This document shows positions 47,399-56,703 of a stretch of 64,000 bases of DNA, in pieces. How positions within the stretch are numbered: position 1 is the first letter of the stretch; the number at the start of each line of letters is the position of its first letter. The notes under the pieces are model-generated. The model was not told the DNA's origin and searched no databases. It worked only from the letters and a program-made list of their open reading frames with translations. A program made the translations under genes and the position numbers. Source of the DNA: Acidimicrobiia bacterium (GTDB lineage Bacteria > Acidobacteriota > Vicinamibacteria > Vicinamibacterales > UBA2999); NCBI GenBank assembly GCA_038144855.1, contig JAYQOO010000002.1, positions 36,742-100,741 of the forward strand, given 5' to 3'.

Positions 47399-47547
47399 GG
47401 CAGTGCTGACCCTTATCGCAATTTCCTTGCCGTCACTGGCAGGCCGGGAATGGAGTCCATCATTGGGCTTTTCGGCCGGAAAAGCCTAAATCTTTGGCCC
47501 GCTGGTCCCAGCAATCTGTGGTGGTTTAAGGACGGTCCGTCCAATCT

Positions 47548-48381
47548 ATGATGCAGCCCATGCGTGCCCCCGCGCCAACGGTCAGATCCCTCCGAATCGG
47601 CCACCGCCGGTTCGTGCTGGCGCAAGGCGCCAACACGATCGGGCGCGATCCCGGTTCAACGGTCTGCGTCAACGACGCGAGCGTGTCGCGCGTGCACGCG
47701 TGCATCACCATCGAAGGCGATTCCGCCCAGCTGCAGGATCTCAACAGCAAGAACGGCACCCAGGTGATGGGGCAACCCATCACCGGCCCGACGCCGCTGC
47801 ACGACGGGGACGAGATCGAATTCGGCAGCGTCAAAAGATGGTTGCTGGAGCAGCGGCCTCGGGTCCTGAACAAACAGGAATTGATGAACGGGCTCTGGCC
47901 CGGCACCTTCGTGGTCGAGGCCAACCTCCCGGTCCTGATCGGTGAGCTTCGCGACGCCCTCGGCGAAAAGACGCGCGGCGGCGTGATCAAGACACATCAC
48001 GGTATCGGCTACAGCTTTGCCGCCGAGGTCGAGGAATTGCCGGCCGGACGGGCGGCGCGGCCGATCAGCCGCGATCGAATCTTTCTGGTTGTTGAAGGGG
48101 AGCGGCAGCGCCTCGCGACCGGCGAGTACCCGGTTGGCCGAGAGCCGGACTGCGAAGTGTTCCTGAATCACCCCGACGTTTCGCGCCGGCATGCGCGGCT
48201 GACGGTCGAGGCCGGCACCGTCACGGTCGAGGATCTGGAGAGCAAGAACGGCACCTGCCTGAACGGCAAACGTATCAAGCAGGCCAAGCGCCTGGTGAAT
48301 GGCGACACCTTGACGTTCGGCACCGTGGAGACGACGATCGAGATCTGGGATCCGACGCCGTCAACGGTCACGATCGGCTGA
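47548..48381 (+). CDS. FHA - OmpR/PhoB-type winged-helix - FHA protein
   Basis: FHA1 is IGRDPGSTVCVNDASVSRVHACITIEGDSAQLQDLNSKNGT. The wHTH is VLNKQELMNGLWPGTFVVEANLPVLIGELRDALGE..IKTHHGIGYSF. FHA2 is VGREPDCEVFLNHPDVSRRHARLTVEAGTVTVEDLESKNGT. Confidence 0.75.
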   Translation: MMQPMRAPAPTVRSLRIGHRRFVLAQGANTIGRDPGSTVCVNDASVSRVHACITIEGDSAQLQDLNSKNGTQVMGQPITGPTPLHDGDEIEFGSVKRWLLEQRPRVLNKQELMNGLWPGTFVVEANLPVLIGELRDALGEKTRGGVIKTHHGIGYSFAAEVEELPAGRAARPISRDRIFLVVEGERQRLATGEYPVGREPDCEVFLNHPDVSRRHARLTVEAGTVTVEDLESKNGTCLNGKRIKQAKRLVNGDTLTFGTVETTIEIWDPTPSTVTIG

Positions 48382-48921
48382 TCAGGTCGTTCGCAACCCT
48401 TCGACAAAGCGCAGCCCGTCGCGCTCGGCCAGCACCCGCACCGGCTTGAAGCCGGCGGCGATCAGCAGGGGCACGAAGTCGATCGGCCCTTTGGGCGACT
48501 TCTCGAGGGTGATGATCTCGATGCGCCCGCCCTGGCGCGCGGCGCTGAACGCCTTGCGCAGAATGTCACTCGATCGCTCGAAGGCCCGGAAGCCATCGTC
48601 GGTATCGTCAATCACAACGAGGTCGTAGGCCGCGTCTTCGAAAGGCCATTCGCGCCCCCCCTGGATGTCCTGGATGTCGATCAGGGCGCCGACCTTCCGG
48701 CCGATCGATTCCGCGAGTTTGACCTGGCCTGGGCCGGTGGCGGCAACCGCGCAGGCACCGCTCAAACCAACCTTGGCGGCCAGCCCCGAGAGCAGGGCCT
48801 TGTTGTTGCAGCCAATCTGCAGGAAGCGTTCGCCCATGCGGACGCCGGTCATCGACACGTGGAGCGGATCCATGGCCGGACCGCCCTTGTTTCGCGTCAG
48901 GAGCCGGAGCAAAAACATCAT
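48382..48921 (-). CDS. class I SAM-dependent methyltransferase-like protein (degenerate motif I)
   Basis: ERFLQIGCNNKALLSGLA is motif I-like, YDLVVIDDT is a motif II-like acidic strand, and GGRIEIIT is also present. The assignment is tentative. Confidence 0.45.
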   Translation of the reverse strand: MMFLLRLLTRNKGGPAMDPLHVSMTGVRMGERFLQIGCNNKALLSGLAAKVGLSGACAVAATGPGQVKLAESIGRKVGALIDIQDIQGGREWPFEDAAYDLVVIDDTDDGFRAFERSSDILRKAFSAARQGGRIEIITLEKSPKGPIDFVPLLIAAGFKPVRVLAERDGLRFVEGLRTT

Positions 48922-48989
48922 CTGTAGCCATTAGAACCCGGATCCCGGACATCGGGGGCCGGGAACCTGCGAAGTGATATATTTCCAAG

Positions 48990-50303
48990 GTGAAATCAGC
49001 CTCAGAAATCGCTCCTGCCCAGGGTAAGTTGGGCATTCTCCTCGTCGGCCTCGGCGCGGTCAGCACCACCACCATCGCGGGCGTCATCGCCATCCGCAAG
49101 GGCCTGGCCAAACCCATTGGATCGCTCACCCAGATGGGCACGATCCGCCTCGGGAAGCGCACCGACAACCGTTCCCCGAAAATCAACGAATTCGTGCCGC
49201 TGGCGTCGCTGGACGACGTCGTGTTTGGCGGCTGGGACATCTTCGAAGAGGACTGCTACGCCGCGGCCTGCACGGCCGGCGTGCTCGAGCGCTCGCTGCT
49301 CGATTCGATCCGCCCCGAGCTCGAGGCCATCAAGCCGATGCCGGCGGTGTTCGATCAGCGCTACGTCAAGCGCCTCTCGGGTCCGAACGTCAAGAAGGGC
49401 AAGAACAAGAAGGACCTTGCCGATCAGTTGATCGCCGACATCCGCAACTTCAAGCAAAAGCACAACTGCTCGCGCATGGTGATGGTGTGGTGCGGCAGCA
49501 CGGAAGTCTTCATGAAGGAAGGCCCCGTGCACCAGTCGCTCGCCGCGTTCGAGAAGGGGCTGGAACTGTCGGATGACTCGATCCCGTCGAGCATGATTTA
49601 CGCCTACGCGGCGTTGAAGGAAGGCCTGCCGTTCGCCAACGCGGCGCCGAACCTGACCGCCGACATTCCGGCGATGCTCGAACTCGCGGCGCAGACCGGT
49701 TCACCGCTGGCCGGCAACGACATGAAGACCGGACAGACGTTGATCAAGACGATCATCGCGCCCGGCCTCAAGGCGCGCCTGATCGGCGTCAAGGGTTGGT
49801 ACTCCACCAACATCCTCGGCAACCGCGACGGCGAAGTGCTGGACGATCCGGAGTCGTTCAAGACCAAGGAAGAGAGCAAGAAGTCGGCGCTCGACTACAT
49901 CTTCCAGCCGCACCTCTACCCGGATCTCTACAAGGATCTGTCCCACGTCGTGCGCATCAACTACTATCCGCCGCGCGGCGACAACAAGGAAGGCTGGGAC
50001 AACATCGACATCGTCGGCTGGCTCGGCTACCCGATGCAGTTGAAGATCAACTTCCTGTGCCGCGACTCGATCCTGGCCGCGCCGATCGTCATTGACTCGG
50101 CATTGTTCCTGGATCTGGCGAAGCGCTCGGGGATGTCCGGCATCCAGGAATGGCTGTCGTTCTACTTCAAGGCGCCGATGCACGCGAAGGATCTCTATCC
50201 CGAGCACGATCTGTTCATCCAGTTGATGAAGCTGAAGAACACCCTTCGCCACATGATGGGCGAAGAGTTGATCACGCACCTCGGGCGCGAGTACTACGAC
50301 TAG
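48990..50303 (+). CDS. ino1: inositol-3-phosphate synthase (myo-inositol-1-phosphate synthase)
   Basis: GILLVGLGAVSTTTIAG is the NAD-binding N-terminus. GWDIF, SCLKS-like region, TNILGNRDG and SKKSALD are MIPS blocks. GTG start. Confidence 0.9.
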   Translation: MKSASEIAPAQGKLGILLVGLGAVSTTTIAGVIAIRKGLAKPIGSLTQMGTIRLGKRTDNRSPKINEFVPLASLDDVVFGGWDIFEEDCYAAACTAGVLERSLLDSIRPELEAIKPMPAVFDQRYVKRLSGPNVKKGKNKKDLADQLIADIRNFKQKHNCSRMVMVWCGSTEVFMKEGPVHQSLAAFEKGLELSDDSIPSSMIYAYAALKEGLPFANAAPNLTADIPAMLELAAQTGSPLAGNDMKTGQTLIKTIIAPGLKARLIGVKGWYSTNILGNRDGEVLDDPESFKTKEESKKSALDYIFQPHLYPDLYKDLSHVVRINYYPPRGDNKEGWDNIDIVGWLGYPMQLKINFLCRDSILAAPIVIDSALFLDLAKRSGMSGIQEWLSFYFKAPMHAKDLYPEHDLFIQLMKLKNTLRHMMGEELITHLGREYYD

Positions 50304-50334
50304 CCCGGCGGCGTGAACGCGTAGGTCCTCGAAC

Positions 50335-50829
50335 ATGCAACCGGCCAGACTGCAGCCAGCGTTGCTTGGCGGAGTGGTGATCGGCGTGCTGTCAGCGCTG
50401 CCGGTCATCAGCATCGCCAACTGCTGCTGCGCGTGGATCCTGTTTGGCGGTGCCCTCGCGTCCTACCTGATGCAGGCCAATCATCCGGAGCCGATCCACA
50501 TCGGCGACGGAGCGATCGTCGGCTTGATGGCCGGCCTGACCGGCGCCTTCGCCTGGTTGATCCTGTCGATCCCGATCAACATGGCGATGGCGCCGTTCCA
50601 GTCGCGTCTGGTGCAAGGCTTCCTGCGCGATACATCGAACCTGTCTCCAGAAGTTCGCCAGATCTTCGAAGGCATGTCGGGAGCCCCGCAGATCGGCATC
50701 GGGCTGCTGTTCGGCTTCTTCGTGATGCTGGTGGTGTCGACCACCTTCGGCATGCTCGGCGGCCTGTTCGGGGCGCTGATGTTCAAGAAGAAGCCCGCTC
50801 CGGTGATCCCGCCGCCTATTCCGCAGTAG
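50335..50829 (+). CDS. hypothetical four-TM membrane protein (Cys-Cys-Cys motif in TM1)
   Basis: Hydrophobic spans GGVVIGVLSALPVISIANCCCAWILFGGALASYL, AIVGLMAGLTGAFAWLILSIPI and IGIGLLFGFFVMLVVSTTFGMLGGLFGALMF. The tail is Pro-rich. Confidence 0.55.
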   Translation: MQPARLQPALLGGVVIGVLSALPVISIANCCCAWILFGGALASYLMQANHPEPIHIGDGAIVGLMAGLTGAFAWLILSIPINMAMAPFQSRLVQGFLRDTSNLSPEVRQIFEGMSGAPQIGIGLLFGFFVMLVVSTTFGMLGGLFGALMFKKKPAPVIPPPIPQ

Positions 50830-50856
50830 CGTTCCGTCCGATAGGACGAACGGCAA

Positions 50857-51696
50857 ATGGTGTCGCCGTTCAGCCTCACTCCCGATCCACGGTTCTACTT
50901 CCGGAGCCGCTCGCACGGTCGTGTGTTCGACGCGCTGTCGGCTGCCATCAACCGGCGCGAGAACCTGATGCTGGTGATGGGCGATCTTGGCGTCGGCAAG
51001 ACCACGCTCTGCAAGACGCTGCTTGAGTCCCAGGAGCGCAAGGCGCGCGCCGCACTTGCCGGCAACGCCCTGCTGTCCCCGGAAGATCTGTTGCGCCTCA
51101 TACTGCAGGACCTCGGTGCGATCACCAGGGAAGAAGCCAAGCAGGGTCGGTTGACCGGTATGCCCCGAGCCGACCTCGTCGAGATGTTCGATCGCTTCCT
51201 CGGGCATCTCCGCGCGACCAGCAGCGGCGCGGTCATGATCATCGACGAAGCGCACAGCCTGCCGCACGCGACCAAGGAACAGATCATCGCCATCGCATCG
51301 CTCGAGTCCAATCGCGACCGGGTGCTGCAGTTCCTGCTGGCCGGCCAGCCGGCGATTGGCGGCGGCGCGCTGTTCCCGGAACTGGACGGCGATCGTCGCG
51401 GCGTGCGCGCGCGCCTGCTGCCACTCGAGCGCGACGAATGCGAACGCTACATCGCGCATCGCCTGGCGGTGGCCGGCGACCGTGCCGTGCAGTTTGCGGC
51501 CGACACCGTCGAGGTGATCTATTCGTTGTCAGGCGGCGTGCCGCGGCTGGTGAACCTGCTCTGCGAGCGCGGTCTTCAGGAAGCCACGGAAGCACGCGCG
51601 ACGGTGGTCGAGGCGGGCATGGTCCGCTCGGCGGCATCGGCCCTCGACCTGATTCGACTGAAGCCCAGGCGGTTTCGTTGGTACGGGTCCAGGTAG
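50857..51696 (+). CDS. ExeA/GspA-like AAA (AAA_22) ATPase
   Basis: The N-terminal FSLTPDPRFYFRSRSHGRVFDAL pattern, Walker A GDLGVGKTTLCKTLL, Walker B VMIIDEAH, and GGVPRLVNLLCERGL. Confidence 0.75.
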   Translation: MVSPFSLTPDPRFYFRSRSHGRVFDALSAAINRRENLMLVMGDLGVGKTTLCKTLLESQERKARAALAGNALLSPEDLLRLILQDLGAITREEAKQGRLTGMPRADLVEMFDRFLGHLRATSSGAVMIIDEAHSLPHATKEQIIAIASLESNRDRVLQFLLAGQPAIGGGALFPELDGDRRGVRARLLPLERDECERYIAHRLAVAGDRAVQFAADTVEVIYSLSGGVPRLVNLLCERGLQEATEARATVVEAGMVRSAASALDLIRLKPRRFRWYGSR

Positions 51697-51712
51697 CAAC
51701 GCCACTTCAAGG

Positions 51713-51735
51713 CGGATGCTGCGGCATCCGGCTTT
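51713..51735 (+). terminator. stem-loop with a short T-run after the ExeA-like gene
   Basis: CGGATGC-TGCG-GCATCCG (7-bp stem with a tetraloop) followed by GCTTT. Confidence 0.4.
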
Positions 51736-51768
51736 AGCCTGACAGTTCCGGCAGATATACTGCCGCTC

Positions 51769-53733
51769 ATGTCCGACAGGGTTTCTCCCGAGATTGAGGC
51801 TCTCCTCAAGGAGGATCGCAGCTTCTCGCCGTCATCCGAGTTTCAGTCAAAGGCGCACGTCAGCGACGTGTCGATCTACGAAAAAGCGGCCGCCGACCCC
51901 GAAGCGTTCTGGGCGGGGTTTGCCTCCGAGCTCGAGTGGATGCAGCCGTGGTCGAAGGTGCTCGACTGGAATCCTCCCGACGCCAAGTGGTTTGTCGGCG
52001 GCAAACTCAACATCGCGTCGAATTGTCTCGATCGCCACGTCCGCACCGCGCATCGCAACAAGGCGGCCTTCATCTGGGAGGGTGAACCCGGTGATCGGCG
52101 GACGCTGACCTACTTCGACCTGTATCGCCAGGTCTGCCAATTCGCCAACGTCCTGAAGAAACTCGGCGTGCGCAAGGGCGATCGCGTGGCTCTCTACCTG
52201 CCGCTGATTCCCGAGCTGGCCATTGCCATGCTCGCGTGCGCCCGCATCGGCGCCGTGCACTCCGTGGTGTTTGGCGGATTCAGTGCGGAATCGCTTCGCG
52301 ACCGCATCAACGATTCGTCGTGCAAGGTTCTGGTCACGGCCGACGGCGGCTGGCGGCGAGGATCGATCGTGCCGCTGAAGCAGACGGCTGACGAGGCGTT
52401 GAAGGACACCCCGTCAATCGAGCACGTCGTCATCGTGCAGCGCCTGCACGGCTCACCGATCCCCGTACACGTCGTCGAAGGCCGCGATCACTGGTATCAC
52501 CGCCTGATGATGGACGCGCCCTACGACTGCGCTCCCGAGGCGATGGACGCCGAGGACATGCTCTACATCCTCTACACGTCGGGCACCACCGGCAAACCCA
52601 AGGGCATCGTGCACACGACCGGCGGCTACCTCACCGGTGTCTACGCCACCACGAAGTGGGTGTTCGACCTGAAGAACGACGATGTCTACTGGTGCACAGC
52701 TGATATCGGCTGGGTGACCGGCCACAGCTACGTCGTCTATGGGCCGCTCGCCAATGGCGCCACGGTCGTGATGTATGAAGGCGCGCCGGACTGGCCGCAG
52801 AAGGATCGATTCTGGGAGATCGTGGAGCGCTATGGCGTCACGATCTTCTACACGGCGCCGACGGCCATTCGCGCGTTCATGAAGTGGGGGACCGAGTGGC
52901 CCGCCAAGCGCGATCTCTCATCGTTGCGCCTGATGGGTTCGGTCGGCGAGCCGATCAATCCTGAAGCCTGGATCTGGTATCACCTGCACATCGGCGGCAG
53001 CCGGTGCCCGATCGTCGACACGTGGTGGCAAACCGAAACCGGTGCGATCGCCATCACGCCGCTGCCAGGGATCACCCGCACCAAGCCGGGTTCAGCGACG
53101 CAGGCCTTCCCGGGGATCAGCGCCGAGATCCTGAACGACAAGGGTGAGCGCGTGCCCGTGGGTGGCGGCCTGCTCGCGATCACCAGGCCATGGCCCTCGA
53201 TGTTGCGCACCATCTATGGCGATCACGATCGCTACGTGAAGCAGTATTGGAGCCGCTGGCACAACGGCATCTACTTCACGGGCGACGGCGCGAAGCTGGA
53301 CGACGAGAGTTACTACTGGCTGCTCGGCCGAGTCGATGACGTGCTCAACGTGGCCGGACATCGCATCGGCACCATGGAAGTGGAGAGCGCGCTGGTCGAC
53401 CATCCGAAGGTCGCCGAGTCGGCGGTGGTCGGCCGCACCCACGAGATCAAGGGCCAGGCGCTTGCCGCGTTTGTGACCGTCAAGGAAGGCGTCTCGCCGT
53501 CGGAATCGCTGGCAGACGAACTGAAGAAGCACGTCGCCGCCAAGATCGGCGCCATCGCCAAACCAGACGACATCATCTTCGCGGCCGACCTGCCCAAGAC
53601 GCGGTCCGGCAAAATCATGCGCCGGCTGCTGCGAGACATCGCTGAAGGCAAGGCGCTCGGCGACACGACGACCCTGGCGGACCCCACCGTTGTGGCGAAG
53701 CTGAAGGATCAGTACGAGTCGACGGAGACCTGA
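51769..53733 (+). CDS. acs: acetyl-CoA synthetase
   Basis: A 654-aa protein with [11 protein letters not shown], the WWQTETG block, [23 protein letters not shown]-like block, and [11 protein letters not shown]. Confidence 0.95.
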   Translation: MSDRVSPEIEALLKEDRSFSPSSEFQSKAHVSDVSIYEKAAADPEAFWAGFASELEWMQPWSKVLDWNPPDAKWFVGGKLNIASNCLDRHVRTAHRNKAAFIWEGEPGDRRTLTYFDLYRQVCQFANVLKKLGVRKGDRVALYLPLIPELAIAMLACARIGAVHSVVFGGFSAESLRDRINDSSCKVLVTADGGWRRGSIVPLKQTADEALKDTPSIEHVVIVQRLHGSPIPVHVVEGRDHWYHRLMMDAPYDCAPEAMDAEDMLYILYTSGTTGKPKGIVHTTGGYLTGVYATTKWVFDLKNDDVYWCTADIGWVTGHSYVVYGPLANGATVVMYEGAPDWPQKDRFWEIVERYGVTIFYTAPTAIRAFMKWGTEWPAKRDLSSLRLMGSVGEPINPEAWIWYHLHIGGSRCPIVDTWWQTETGAIAITPLPGITRTKPGSATQAFPGISAEILNDKGERVPVGGGLLAITRPWPSMLRTIYGDHDRYVKQYWSRWHNGIYFTGDGAKLDDESYYWLLGRVDDVLNVAGHRIGTMEVESALVDHPKVAESAVVGRTHEIKGQALAAFVTVKEGVSPSESLADELKKHVAAKIGAIAKPDDIIFAADLPKTRSGKIMRRLLRDIAEGKALGDTTTLADPTVVAKLKDQYESTET

Positions 53734-54839
53734 CCGACCCGCGGAGCGCCGCGAAACACCGGCGCCAGGGAGAAGTGATCGGCGCCCGCGCCCTGGTTCA
53801 TCACCACGGCCACCGTCACGCCGGGCTGCGGATCGAACAACAGCAGGCTGCTGCCAAACGTCGCGCCGCCGCTGTGTCCGAACTGCTTGCGGTCCAGGTA
53901 TTCGTATCCACGAATGCCGAGGCCCGACCCTGTTTCACCCTGGATGTTGCCGGCCGCCGCAACCATCGTGCGCATCTCCTGCTGCGATCGTTCGGAGATC
54001 ACGCTGCCACTGAACAGCGCATGCCCCCATCGCGCGACGGTCGAGGCGTTCGACAGCAGGCCGAACGCGCTGTGGCCAATCGACAGCAGCGACAGATGGT
54101 CCATCGGGTTGATCGCGCTGCCGGACGGATACGCGACTGCAACCGGCCGCGTCGGCTCCTCGAGTCCGGGCATCAAGATCGCATCAAGGCCCAGCGGCCC
54201 GAACAGGCGCTGGCGATACAGCTCGGTGATCGCCCGTCCGGTGGCCTGTTCAGCGACCATGCCGAGTAACAAAAATGCCGTGTTGGTGTACTGCGTCGAC
54301 GCGCCGGGGGCGAAGGACGCGGCACCCGCGAAGCGCAGCAGTTCGTGAGGTGTGAAAACGTGCGACGGATCGTCGGCGATCGCCTGGCCGAGCGCGAGAC
54401 CGGCACCGGTGTAGTTGGCGACGCCGCTGGTGTGGTTCAGCAACTGGCGCAGCGTGATGGCGCCATTGACGTTGGCGATCGGTGCGAGCCAGCGGCTGAC
54501 CGTATCCTCGAGACGCAATACACCCTCGTCGACCAGCTGCAGGATTACGGCCGCCGTCATGGTCTTGGTGATGCTGGCGATTTGGGTCAGGTCACCAGCG
54601 TCGAGTGGTACACCGGGCGCCGACTCACCGGCGGTGCCGGCCCACTGCGCACCGTCGGCCAGGACGACGGATGCGCTCACGCCGTGGTGGGTGTCTCGCT
54701 GCGCCCACAGGTCGATGCGATCCTGCAGCGTCCGCACCATCTCAGCGGGCACCTCCGGCGCAGACGCCTGCGTCGTGGATGGACAAGACGCCACGACCGC
54801 AACGGTCAGGAGCGCGGCGGCGCAGATCAGGCGCGTCAT
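53709..54839 (-). CDS. secreted beta-lactamase-family serine hydrolase (class C/PBP4*-like)
   Basis: Signal peptide [18 protein letters not shown]. The S-x-x-K motif is [16 protein letters not shown] is a Y-x-N motif, and HSGG is KTG-like. Its 3' end overlaps the acs 3' end by 25 nt. Confidence 0.8.
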   Translation of the reverse strand: MTRLICAAALLTVAVVASCPSTTQASAPEVPAEMVRTLQDRIDLWAQRDTHHGVSASVVLADGAQWAGTAGESAPGVPLDAGDLTQIASITKTMTAAVILQLVDEGVLRLEDTVSRWLAPIANVNGAITLRQLLNHTSGVANYTGAGLALGQAIADDPSHVFTPHELLRFAGAASFAPGASTQYTNTAFLLLGMVAEQATGRAITELYRQRLFGPLGLDAILMPGLEEPTRPVAVAYPSGSAINPMDHLSLLSIGHSAFGLLSNASTVARWGHALFSGSVISERSQQEMRTMVAAAGNIQGETGSGLGIRGYEYLDRKQFGHSGGATFGSSLLLFDPQPGVTVAVVMNQGAGADHFSLAPVFRGAPRVGQVSVDSY

Positions 54840-55004
54840 CGGAATCGGAAACCAGTAAATAGCATGAATGACCGAGACTTGTTACAAGCCCGCCGAGTCA
54901 CGTGACAATCCCCGGACTGAACGGTCCCGACATCTGTTACCGCCCAAATCTGTGCGAACCGGCGGCAGCCGTAACCGAACCCGGCCGCCGGCATCTGACC
55001 CACC

Positions 55005-56048
55005 ATGACCCCGCAATTCGCCCGAATCGCCGCGGCCATCGTGCTCACGATGCCACTCCTCGGCGCGCAGGCTCCGGCAACCGTCGACACGTCGAAGATC
55101 GGCCCTCAGGTGGGTGCCGTCGTCCCGGCATTCGAAGGCACCGATCAGTTCGGTAAACGACAGTCGCTGGCGTCGGCATCCGGCCCCAAGGGCACCATGC
55201 TGGTGTTCTTCCGGTCGGCCGACTGGTGACCGTACTGCAAAACGCAGCTCGTGGAGCTGCAAGGCCGCTATAACGACATCAAGCGACAGGGCCTCGGCCT
55301 GATCGCGGTGAGCTACGACTCGCCGGAGACGCTCAAGAAGTTCTCCGACTCGCGTGGCATTACGTTCCCGATGATCTCCGACGCCGGCTCGCAGATCATC
55401 CGCAAGTACGGGCTGCTGAACGAAACAGTCGACCCGAAGAACCGCACCTATGGGATTCCACACCCTGGGACGTTCATTCTCGATCGCAAGGGCGCTGTCG
55501 TGTCGCGCTTCTTCGAGGACGCGTATCAGGAGCGAGTCACAACGTCGGCCGTCTTGTCGACGCTCAATCGGAACACCCCGGCCGGCGGTATCAAGGCATC
55601 CACTCGCCACCTGTCGATGGTGATGTCGATCAGCGATACGGCGGCCGCGCCCGGCAAACGGCTGTCGATTCTTGCGGACCTGTCGCCCAATCGCGGCATG
55701 CACGTGTATGCGCCAGGCAAGCACACCTACCAGGTGGTGAAGCTGGAACTGGATCCGCAGCCGTGGCTGAAAGTCCACGAGCCGGTCTACCCGGCGTCGG
55801 AGATCTACCATTTCAAGCCGCTCAACGAGCGGGTCGAGGTCTTCATCAAACCGTTCCGGCTGCGGCGAGACGTGACGCTGCTGGCGACGCCCGAGGCGCA
55901 AAAGCTGCTTGGCGCCACGTCGTCGATCACGATCAGCGGCGCGCTCGAATACCAGGCGTGCGACGACAAGGTCTGCTACAACCCCGAGCGCATTCCGGTG
56001 AGCTTCTCGATCACCACGCAGCCGCTCGATCGTCGCCCTCCGGGTTAG
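55005..56048 (+). CDS. predicted periplasmic selenoprotein: Prx-like/AhpC-TSA thioredoxin-fold domain with U-P-Y-C motif (UGA 55227-55229 read as Sec) fused to a DsbD-N-terminal-like domain
   Basis: Track ORFs 55005-55229 and 55251-56048 share a frame, and the only stop between them is TGA 55227-55229. The read-through sequence ..GTMLVFFRSADW-[TGA]-PYCKTQLVELQGRYNDIKRQGLGLIAVSYDSPETLKKFSDSRGITFPMISD reproduces the F(F/Y)R..WCPYC..L motif. A hairpin at 55244-55260 lies downstream of the TGA. The C-terminal ..ALEYQACDDKVCYNPE.. resembles the DsbD_N/DsbC-corrector domain. Signal peptide MTPQFARIAAAIVLTMPLLGAQA. Confidence 0.7.
55244..55260 (+). promoter_or_regulatory. candidate bacterial SECIS hairpin
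   Basis: GCAGCUC-GUG-GAGCUGC is a perfect 7-bp stem that starts 17 nt after the U of the UGA. The G-U of the apical loop lies about 25-26 nt from the UGA, close to the fdhF-type geometry. The upper pairs may open to give a UCGUGGA loop. Confidence 0.5.
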
Positions 56049-56653
56049 AACTGCACCACGACGGCCGCCGCAACTTCGAAGCGGCGGCCGATCGTCTTGT
56101 TGAGCGGACGATCACCGAAGTCCGCACGCGAGGTGCCGGCCGAGATGCGGCCGTTGACCGGCCCGCGAACTTTCGTCTCCACTCCCACGCCGAAGCGCAG
56201 AAGGCCTTGCTCGTCCTCTTGCGGCGTCACCCCGGAAGGCTGGGTAACGGTGACCTCGAATTGCCGTGTCACTTCGGAGAGATACGCAAACAGCAGCGTG
56301 CGCGATCCGATGGTCGGCCCGGCGTGCAGCTGCCAATGCCATTGCGACTGATTGCGGTAGTCGACGGTGAGATTGGTCTCGCCCAGGTGCAGGTCGCCGT
56401 TGGTGCGGCCCGCGCCGACCTCGCTGCCGATGACGAATCCCCTGCGGTGCAGCCTCGCTCCGGCGAAACCGCTGACCACCAGCCGCGCGTCATCCTGCAG
56501 TGTGCCGACGCCGTTGACCAGCGAGCCGCCGATCAGATGTTGCTGTCCGATCTCGACTCCGAGCAGCGGATCGTTGAAGGTTTGCGCATGCGCCAGTGAC
56601 GGCATGCACCAGAGGACGAGAAAGAGGACAGTTCGAAGGGAAATCGGTCTCAT
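56045..56653 (-). CDS. small outer-membrane beta-barrel protein (hypothetical)
   Basis: From ATG 56653 the signal peptide reads MRPISLRTVLFLVLWCMPSLAHA. The sequence has alternating beta strands and a C-terminal ..FEVAAAVVVQF with a terminal Phe. Confidence 0.6.
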   Translation of the reverse strand: MRPISLRTVLFLVLWCMPSLAHAQTFNDPLLGVEIGQQHLIGGSLVNGVGTLQDDARLVVSGFAGARLHRRGFVIGSEVGAGRTNGDLHLGETNLTVDYRNQSQWHWQLHAGPTIGSRTLLFAYLSEVTRQFEVTVTQPSGVTPQEDEQGLLRFGVGVETKVRGPVNGRISAGTSRADFGDRPLNKTIGRRFEVAAAVVVQF

Positions 56654-56703
56654 GGCGGCAGGCCTATCAAGAGACATGCCCGGCCGCCGTTGTTCGTCCC
56701 TGG

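Noticed and set aside
50827-50859. Same-frame adjacency of the membrane-protein ORF (50335-50829) and the ExeA-like ORF (50857-51696) as a second possible stop-codon read-through or recoding event.
   Set aside because: Two in-frame TAG stops (50827-50829 and 50842-50844) separate them. No redox motif spans the junction, and the ExeA-like protein has a normal N-terminus.
51749-51768. TATACT boxes close to start codons (51756-51761, 7 nt before the acs ATG; 32913-32918, 10 nt before the DUF1015 ATG; and TATATT at 48978-48983, 6 nt before the ino1 GTG), considered as evidence for leaderless mRNAs.
   Set aside because: No convincing -35 element sits at 17-nt spacing. One of the three starts is GTG, which is unusual for leaderless translation. 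Three short AT-rich hexamers are not statistically compelling without TSS data.
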